NCBI GenBank assembly: GCA_951406725.2
Contig: OX597816.1
Coordinates: forward strand, 30,070,001-30,134,000
Direction: 5' to 3'
Length of the DNA: 64,000 nt
From: Octopus vulgaris
Lineage: Eukaryota
Of the stretch, positions 55,250-64,000 are shown piece by piece. How positions within the stretch are numbered: position 1 is the stretch's first letter; the number at the start of each line of letters is the position of its first letter. The notes below the pieces were generated by a model. The model made no database searches. It was not told the DNA's origin and worked only from the letters and a program-made list of their open reading frames with translations. Position numbers and translations under genes: made by a program.

Positions 55250-56490
55250 GCGTATTACTCAATTCCAAACAGACATATGAGGCCTTTCAGCAGTACATTA
55301 CTCTACTGTCCAGGACAAGTTATAGATCGGAATTTAGGGTGGAATTCAATGCCTACCTTCACTGCATGTTGCGACTCACGGCAAGGGAGGCAAAGTGTTC
55401 CGAAAAGCCGGTAATAACCCTGGAAATACTGGAAGCGATGGTTGGCTACACGGCGGATAAATCACATTATTTGGATGATCTTTTCTATAAACTATTCCTT
55501 CATATACCAGACTTGTTTGGCGACGCATTGCCAAATGTCTAGCGCAACTGGCAACAGAGCAGAAGAATCTCAAGTCCTGTAAGTCGAGGAGTGGTGGTGC
55601 AGGTAAAAAAAAACAGTCAAAGGGGATCATATTGATAATTTTCGAGCTATAAATCTACTAAGCGCAAATTTTAAGGTTTAGACCAAGGTGTTGTAGTCTG
55701 GTAATGCGCAAACAAGTGCCACCCCGGACAGGACTATCCACAACCTACACCACATAAATAACATCATAGGGAAAGTAGGAAAGGAACATGGCATAAGTGT
55801 AGCCCTGATTAGCTTAGATCAGTCGAAAGTTTTGACAGAGTTGATCAACAACGCTTAGCTGTTGTTCATACAACAGTCGAACTGGATCCCCGCAAAGTAC
55901 TGCGATAGTTATTTAGCGATTGGGGCGAAAGGTCACCAAGTGGAACCGTTCCGCATCATGTGCTCTGTCTATCAACGCTGACCACTCTTGTCTGTATTAT
56001 ATGTACAACCACTTGTACCATTTCTGCTAGAGTCATTGAGAGATATTCTGCGCGAATACAGTTACCATGTTTAAGGCGGCGAGGTGGCAGAAACGTTAGC
56101 ACGCCGGGCGAAATGCGTAGCCGTATTTCATCTGCCGTTACGTTCTGAGTTCAAATTCCGCCGAGGTCGACTTTGCCTTCCATCCTTTTGGGGGTCGATA
56201 AATTAAGTACCAGTTTCACACTGGGGTCGATATAATCGACTTAATCCGTTTGTCTGTCCTTGTTTGTCCTCTCTGTGTTTAGCCCCTTGTGGGTAGTAAA
56301 GAAATAGATATTCCGCGCGATCAATATCAGTATATGCTGGCAGCATCACCGTCATAGCGTCGGACACAAAGTACAATGAGGCAATCGCCACTGCTTTGTG
56401 GGGGAAAACGAGGCGGTGTCAGGAACCCAAGATCAAGCAAAAAAAGTCATTGGGCCTACGTCTCGGCACCTAAAGAGGCAAATCCATGTC
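55250..56490 (+). mobile_element. Decayed Tx1/L1-like RT region with SINE B inserted at 56076-56306
   Basis: PDLFG, ALISLDQSK-FDRVD, SVYAGSITV (degenerate YADD), KKSLGLRLG. Confidence 0.7.
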
Positions 56491-57161
56491 GTCCAATTGC
56501 GTCATATGACAATGAAGTTGTAAGTATGATAGCACAATCATTACACACACTAGCATACAGACACACGCACGTATACACATGCTCACACACACACACGTAC
56601 TAAAAATATATATACCTACATACATACTTACGCTCACACGCACATGTATAAAATATATGTACATATATGTTTGTGTATGTTTGTACCTATGTCCTTGATC
56701 TTTCTTTTTCTGAACATTCTTTCGTGTCTTTTTGAATTTTTTCCATTTTTTTTTTCTTCAACAATTGCTATATATATGTCCATCATTCCTTGTCCCTCTA
56801 CACAACTTCCGGTTACGAAAGCAATTAATCACGTTACATCCGTCAGCTTAACACACCAACTGCCATTAATTTCCATTAATTTCGGCTATTTCCTATACCG
56901 TTCCGACCTAGCCTTTCAATAATTATAGTACATATTACTCTCTTCACTTTATTTCATGTCACCAGCTTTTCCTTTTTCTTCTCTTTGTCATTCTCCATCT
57001 CTTTTCTATGTTCTCTTCACTTTCACATTGTGTGTATATATGAGTGTGTATATAAATACACTCACACACACACATATATATATACACACATATATACTTA
57101 TACATATATTTATATATTAATATGTGTGTATGTATGTATGTAATGACTATATGTCTATAGG

Positions 57162-57244
<83 letters not shown>

Positions 57245-57278
57245 ACATAAGTATACATACATACACAGACACACACAC

Positions 57279-57317
<39 letters not shown>

Positions 57318-57498
57318 ATGTGTACATATACAAATACACACATAGTTATGACGTATATATAACTGTTATAGCTATTTAAAATTACGTGTGTATGTGTATG
57401 TAGAATGTTGAAAAGTGACACATGAATTGATATGTATAAAAAAATAAGACAGTAGAAAATGCTAAAATAATTTTATCATGAAATACATTTTGTAATGG

Positions 57499-57536
57499 TC
57501 AGTACCGGTTTCTGGCTTTTCGACTTTTTCAACTAA
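57499..57536 (-). ncRNA. Degenerate hammerhead motif with U3-A8 core
   Basis: UUAG UUGAAAA A GUC gaaaa GCC A GAAA CCGG UA CUGA; stem II has a mismatch. Confidence 0.4.
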
Positions 57537-57621
57537 GAATAAAACAAAAGTGGATATTAATTAAGAAGAAAAGCAATTAAATTGAAGAAAGAATTAAATG
57601 AAATTTCATTGTATCTTGAAA

Positions 57622-57833
57622 GAGGTAATTCTCTTTTAGTGTTTTATTAATTTAAGACAATTACCGGTCTGGTTTCTACTCATCTATTTAATTGTTTTTG
57701 CTAAAATTTTCATTGCGTCTTGCAACCTTTCCAAGACGCAACGAAAATTTTAGTAAAAATAAATAAGTAAACCAGTAGAAACCAGACCGGTAATTGTCTT
57801 AAATTAATAAGGCGCTAAAAGAGAATGACTCTC
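57622..57833. repeat. Fold-back inverted repeat, ~100-bp arms, 9-nt spacer
   Basis: ttaatttaagacaattaccggtctggtttctact / agtagaaaccagaccggtaattgtcttaaattaa. Confidence 0.85.
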
Positions 57834-58339
57834 CCCAGACACAACAAAATATGCTTTAACACAGGAATTCACAGAAAATCTTGGAAACCAAATACAAAAA
57901 TGGAATTAAATGAAATGTTTTGTAAATATTTCCTTAGTCTTCAAATAAGTAGGACATTTTCCGTTTTTTCTGTCTGTCTCTTTCTTTTCCTTTGGGAATG
58001 TTCGTTAGGCAGATAGTGGCAGATCTGAAAAGCTGTGTTTATGGGTGCAAAGATATATTTGGTTCTGAAGTTTGATGGTTTAAGCAGCAGCGGCCGAAGA
58101 AGAAGGCAAAGGAGATGGAGGGGGAATATAATAAATTAAAAAGATAAAGAAGAAGAAGGAAAAGAAGAGGAAGAAGAAGAAGGAAAAGAAGAGGAAGAAG
58201 AAGAAATGGGAATGGTTTTATCCAGTAGTAGAGGCTGTCCGCGGAATCTACTTTAATGGTCAAGTGGCCTCACAGTGACCCTGTGTGGTTGTAGTAGCAG
58301 TAGTAGTAGGAACAGTTCTAAATAAATTAGTGGGTAGCA

Positions 58340-58780
58340 ACTGTCCTAAATATATCTATCGTTTTTAATATTTCCGCGGGTATTATTCCAAGATCCCTGT
58401 AGTAGTATCATGTGCGGTGGAACCATTGAAAAGAGGTTTATATTTGCAATAAAATATGTTTCTTTGCTAATGCATTGATTATAGGTTGCATTGTCCCTAA
58501 ATCCATAGATCGGGGAAAAATTTAAAGTTGGGTTGTTCATTAGTGGTGCAAATGTAGATGTTCATTTAATACTACTTTTCTGTATTCCCGTACTTTAATC
58601 TGCGATCTATGTACGGTCATCCTCTGGCGTAGACTGTTTTTAGATTGACCAATATATTGCTCTCGACACCCTGAGCAAGTTAACTCATATATCAGGTTTT
58701 CCGAAGCACATGTGAAGTTGTCTTTCACTATAAAACGCTGACCCTATTTGAAGGAGAACTCCGATCCCTCAATTAGGTTG
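58340..58780 (-). mobile_element. Penelope-like GIY-YIG endonuclease remnant
   Basis: FTCASENLIYELTCSGCREQYIGQSKNSLRQRMTVHRSQI. Confidence 0.8.
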
Positions 58781-58829
58781 ATTCATATACCACATATACA
58801 CATATTTATATATATGTATGTAAATATAT

Positions 58830-58885
<56 letters not shown>

Positions 58886-58903
58886 AAATACATATATATA
58901 TTT

Positions 58904-58953
<50 letters not shown>

Positions 58954-59519
58954 AAATACATATATATATTTATACATATATATATATATACATATACATA
59001 TGCACAGATATATTATATATATACAAACACATATACATATTTATTCATAAATACTTATACGTACCCGCCGACATGCATACAGGCATATATACTTAGATAC
59101 ATACACTCATAACATACCAAATGCGAGGTAAAATATATTTGATATCTTTTGCTCAATTCTTCATTATTCCAATGCTTAGGAGGTGTAATGAAATTTCCTC
59201 AGTCGTTCTTTCATCCTTATTCCAGCAAGTGCACAGAAGTGTATTATTTATTGAAGGGTTTAAAGCAGTGAGCTGGCAGAATCGCAAGCAGCATTTTGTC
59301 CGTCTTTACGTTCTGAGTTGAAATTTTGCCGATGTTCGCTTTGCCTTAAATCCTTTCGGGGTCGAAAATATACATGCCAGTTGAGCACTGGTGTCAATGT
59401 AACTGACAAGCTCCCTTACCCAAAATTTAAGGCCTTGTGCCTATAGTAGAAAGGATTATTTATTGAGGGGTTCTAATATTTTATTCATGTCTGAGTTATC
59501 TTTCGTTGTTACCGACATT

Positions 59520-59710
59520 CTTTTACTCGTTTCAGTCATTTGACTGCGGCCATGCTGGAGCACCGCCTTTAGTCGAGCAAATCGATCCCAGGACCTATTC
59601 TTTGTAAGCCTAGTACTTATTCTATCGGTCTCTTTGGACGAACCGCTAAGTTATGGGGACGTGAACACACCAGCATCGGTTGTCAAGCGATGTTGGGGGG
59701 ACAAACACAG

Positions 59711-59745
<35 letters not shown>

Positions 59746-59927
59746 ATTATATATATACATAGATACGACGGGCTTCTTTCAGTTTCCGTCTATCAAATCC
59801 ACTCACAAGACTTTGATCGGCCCGAGGCTACAGTAGAAGACACTTGTCCAAGATGCCACGCAGTGGGACTGAACCCGGAACCATGTGGTTAGTAAGCAAG
59901 CTACTTACCACACAGCCACTCCTGGGC
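59520..59927 (-). mobile_element. SINE family A
   Basis: Family match. Confidence 0.85.
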
Positions 59928-60093
59928 CAATCTTCAATATATTATTTATTGAGTTATTGTTTTCATTCCCTTGCTACATTCTAATTTTAATTCTGATATG
60001 TTAATGCTTCCCATCTAATTCCAGTACAATGTTGTTTTGGTAAGTACGATAAGATGAAGCTAATTCTACACCGTAAAAATATATCTAAAATAT

Positions 60094-60296
60094 AGTCGCC
60101 ATGATAGATCGTTAGTCACTACACACATTTTTTCTCTCCTTGTTTCTCTCCTTGTTTTTTTCTGTGTCCCTTTCTGTAGAAGAGCGTAGGCTTGAAACGT
60201 AAAAGACTTTTTCTATTTCTGAGCGTTATACTAATACATCTGTTTGTTTCGTGCACCACCTGTCTTCGTCTTTTGTTTTTTTTCGTAAACTCTCCC
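60094..60296 (+). mobile_element. ~200-bp Penelope-like short element with 12-bp TSD and hammerhead-like motif (60170-60205)
   Basis: tatctaaaatat at 60082-60093 and 60297-60308; CUUU CUGUAGA A GAGC guag GCUU GAAA CG UA AAAG. Confidence 0.65.
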
Positions 60297-61057
60297 TATC
60301 TAAAATATGCTTGGAATTATCTCCCTTACTTGGAAGAATGCCTAAACTAAGACTAGTCATTCAGTTAATGTATTTTCCAAGTTGTATAATTATTTTAAAT
60401 TAGCTTTTTAATGTTAACTTTATTAACAATATCTAACTTAGAGGATATTCATTAAAAAAATGATATAATTTCCACAATCATTTGTTTTACTCGGATTTGT
60501 TTTGCAGGCCTATTTAGCGGGCTAATGATGAAAAGCATTTCATCCACCACCATCCCGTCTTTTTTATATCAAAGAAATGCCAGGACAGCCAAGAGGACGG
60601 AAACTGTGAAAGAGAAAGACTAAGGAAGACAAATGTGATAAAAGCGCAGAGTGTTGAACAACGCAAAGGAAATGACAAAAGGAACACAAGTGGCGAAACG
60701 CGGTGTAGGAGAGGACCCATTCAATCCATGAAAATGAGGTGAAGTAGGTGCAAAAATGGTACTGATGCTGGTGGTGGTGGTGGTGATGGTGATATTAATG
60801 TATACGTTCATACACATGACAAAGGCGACAATGACACACACACAAACATTTGCATATATATATATATATATATATATATAAATTTATATATAAGTGTGCG
60901 TGTGTGTGCGTATGTGTATGTGTATGTGTATATGCATACAATTATGCGTGTATACGTATACATGGAGACATATATATATATATACATACATACAATATAT
61001 ATGCATATGTATAAGCGTGTATACACGCACACACATATATATGCACACACATATACA

Positions 61058-61092
<35 letters not shown>

Positions 61093-61104
61093 GTAAATGG
61101 ATAG

Positions 61105-61227
<123 letters not shown>

Positions 61228-61501
61228 TAACCAATAAGCAACCTATAAGTCAGCTCTAGTGGCAATGACATTGAAAATGTCTGCGAAATTCTTCGTCGAC
61301 TACTCAAAAGAATTTCCGGTAAATGTTATGCTGGTTGTCAACGACCAGACAATCCTGCAGGTCATTATCTGTGATTTCCTTCATTGACCTGCCACACAAT
61401 GTCATTACACTCGTTCAACCAACTACCTTCATTATTCATAATGATCCCTATATGCCTTGCTATTTCTTTATTTGTTTTCTCTCGTTAAAAATTATCTATA
61501 A

Positions 61502-61880
61502 CGCAGACGTGGCTGCGTGGTAAGAACGTTGCTTCCCAGCACCAAGATTCTTGAGTTCACTCTCACTGCGTGGCATCTTGAGCAAGTGTCTTCTCCTATA
61601 GCTTCGGGCTGGCCAAAGCCTTGGGAATGGATTTAATAGACGGAAACTGAAAGAAGCCCGTCATATACATTTGTGTGTGCGTGTGTGTATGTGTGTGTGT
61701 GTGTTTGTGTTTGTCTCTCACTATCGCTTCACAACCGGTGTTGATGTATTTACGTCCCTGTAACTTAACACTTCAACAAATCAGACCGATAGGATAAGTA
61801 CAAAACTAAGTACTGGGATCGATTCATTCGACAAAAAATTTTCAAAGTGGTACCCCAGCATGGCCGCAGTCTCATAAATA
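61502..61880 (+). mobile_element. Older SINE family A copy
   Basis: Diverged family match. Confidence 0.7.
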
Positions 61881-62539
61881 AAAATAGTAAACGATAAAAT
61901 ATAAAAGATAGCATATTCAGAGGGGAAGAATATTTTGAGTGGCATTTTTCGGGGTTCCCAAAACAAGTGAAAAGAAGAGAGGAAGTTTGTCTGAATTCCT
62001 GGGACAGAGTAGGCCCCGATAAAAGTACTAAAGAGCCGGGTGATGGCATTAAACCGGGTCTATCTCTGAATATTATGAACATTCCATCCGATTAGTTACA
62101 TAGTTGCAGTTTATTTGCTCAACATGCCTTGAAGTACGATTTTATCCAAAGCCCTGCAGTTGAAATGTAATTTTCTTAACAGTATATGCTCCCGACTCCA
62201 GTATTCTCCAGTAATGTCAAGTAAATGTGGGATAAATCAATATTTGGACAGAAAGATGGGCTATCCGCAAGGAGATTTTTCCACAGCAAGAATTGTATTC
62301 AATACTGATAGCTAACGAATCACTCATCTAATCAACAATGCTACCACTGTTTACAGAAGTTAGAACATTTTTACTATTTACTACTAGGCTGACTGAGCCG
62401 TTTGCTAGTTATGTAGTGTAGTTTCAGACAAAACCCAATGTCGATAGCAGCAAACGAACTACCGTTCCATGGGATCGTCGTCTGCTTCATTATCACCTTA
62501 GACTTCTTTTCCATCTTATATCTATCATCATTTTTTCTT

Positions 62540-62665
62540 GCTCATGGGCCCGGTTTCCCGATTTCAATGGTGTATGTGTTCCCCAGCTGGACGGGACGCC
62601 AGTTTATCGCAGCGTTACTCATTTTTGCCAGCTGAGTGAACTGGAGCAACGTGAAGTGAAGTGTT
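62540..62665 (-). mobile_element. Fragment of a fourth SINE type (V-SINE-like body)
   Basis: ttgctccag..actggcgtcccgtccag motifs on minus strand. Confidence 0.4.
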
Positions 62666-62668
62666 GTT

Positions 62669-63020
62669 GAATGTGTTTATAAAACATCTTTTTCTCTTGG
62701 ATTTATTGAGAAAATTCTATAGTTTGTAAGATATTTGTTGTTTTTTTTCTTCAATTTCTGCAATTTCAACCAATCAATTATGTCCATTGAGGTAAAGAAA
62801 ACATTCTGTGCCGTATGAATATGTCCCTCGTTTAAGAAATAGATTGAGTTTATTTACATTTGTGAAGGAAAAAAGATACCCTTTCCCCCACCCCTAACCC
62901 TAACTAACCCTAACCCTAAAAGAGATTGAAATGCAATAGATCGATTCTAGGGTCATAATTATGGGTGACAATTTCATATGACACCGCTAGAAAAAACTGC
63001 CGTTCAAACCGAAAAGATCC
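62669..63020. mobile_element. Third Merlin-like MITE copy, left end truncated
   Basis: Aligns to ~16575-16947 including right TIR. Confidence 0.8.
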
Positions 63021-63529
63021 GGATGTAACTTGATATTGGCTCACACTTTAGTTGACACTTTACTGATTCAACCATAATGTCACTCTCCAACATAGGTACA
63101 GTTGCATGTATAAAAATTCCCTTCGCAAACACGTAGTTTCATACACAATCCCACATCGTTGAACCTTGGAGAACTGTCTTCTACCACACTTGGGGAACAA
63201 CCAAAGACTTGTGAGTGAAATCCAGGCAGACGGAAACTGTGTGCAAGCCTGTCAGAAGAATTGTTCCTACTCTAAGATGGTAGACTTAATCTGTCAATTA
63301 AAACCACCACCTGGTTCATGGGTACCTTTAGCAAAGGCCGCAATATCACAAGCATTCGAGCCAGGTGACAAATTTTAGGATATTTATTGTCTATCCTTAC
63401 ATTCTCTAACTTCGTATGGGGCATGGATACTGCTTTTTAGCTTCTAAATTGTTAAGCTTCTCTTCTTGTAAGTTATTGAAAGTATGTGAAAAATTATAAG
63501 GATTTTTAACAAATATAGGTAGAAGCTAA

Positions 63530-63725
63530 GGTGGCGAACTAGCAGAATCGTTAGCATGCCGGGTAAAATGCATAGCAGTCCCGAGTTCAAATTCTGCTCA
63601 GATCTACTTCGTCTTTCATTCTTTCGAAGTCGATAGAATAAGTGCCAGTTGAACCCTGGGGTCGATGTAATCGACTTACCCTTCCCATTTAAATTACTGG
63701 CCTTGTGCCAAAATTTGAAGTCAAT
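63530..63725 (+). mobile_element. Older SINE family B copy
   Basis: Diverged family match. Confidence 0.65.
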
Positions 63726-64000
63726 ATAGGCAAAAGGACTGGGCGTTTTATGAGAGATGAGGCTAATAATCGAATAATAAGAATAATAAGAACAACAACA
63801 ACAGCGGCAGCAGCGATAGTACCAAACAGCAATAACAACACACACAACAACTCAGCAATTCTGCGTTTTTGTTTTGTTTCAGTCTATAATTTTTCGACCT
63901 TAAAGAAATAAAATCCAATTTTACCATTACTTGCTAATTAAGGCATGTATGTTTAAAGTATAATTAGATTATAATTTACAAGGAATCAAATAAAATATCT

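Noticed and set aside
62080-62260. Tc1-like transposase C-terminus on minus strand
   Set aside because: Only a faint WRILE-like motif; too decayed to support

Overview
AT-rich eukaryotic DNA saturated with microsatellites and transposon debris. The repeat families resemble those of octopus/cephalopod genomes (inferred from recalled repeat sequences, not searched). No intact protein-coding gene is supportable; nearly all ORF-track entries are microsatellite or SINE artefacts. Identifiable contents: one tRNA-Asp(GTC) with two stem substitutions, dozens of copies of three tRNA-derived SINE families, decayed Tx1-like, R4/Dong-like, RTE, CR1 and Penelope-like retroelements, a mariner remnant, two non-autonomous Helitrons, and a GG-terminal MITE with an 8-bp TSD. 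The main signals are RNA structures. About nine minimal hammerhead ribozyme motifs lie in short inserts, mostly microsatellite-embedded and probably Penelope-derived, including G3-C8 and U3-A8 core variants. At 28346-28457 (minus) a complete hammerhead core has its three stems wired in a non-standard, triply pseudoknotted order. All folds were derived by eye and none has been computed or assayed.
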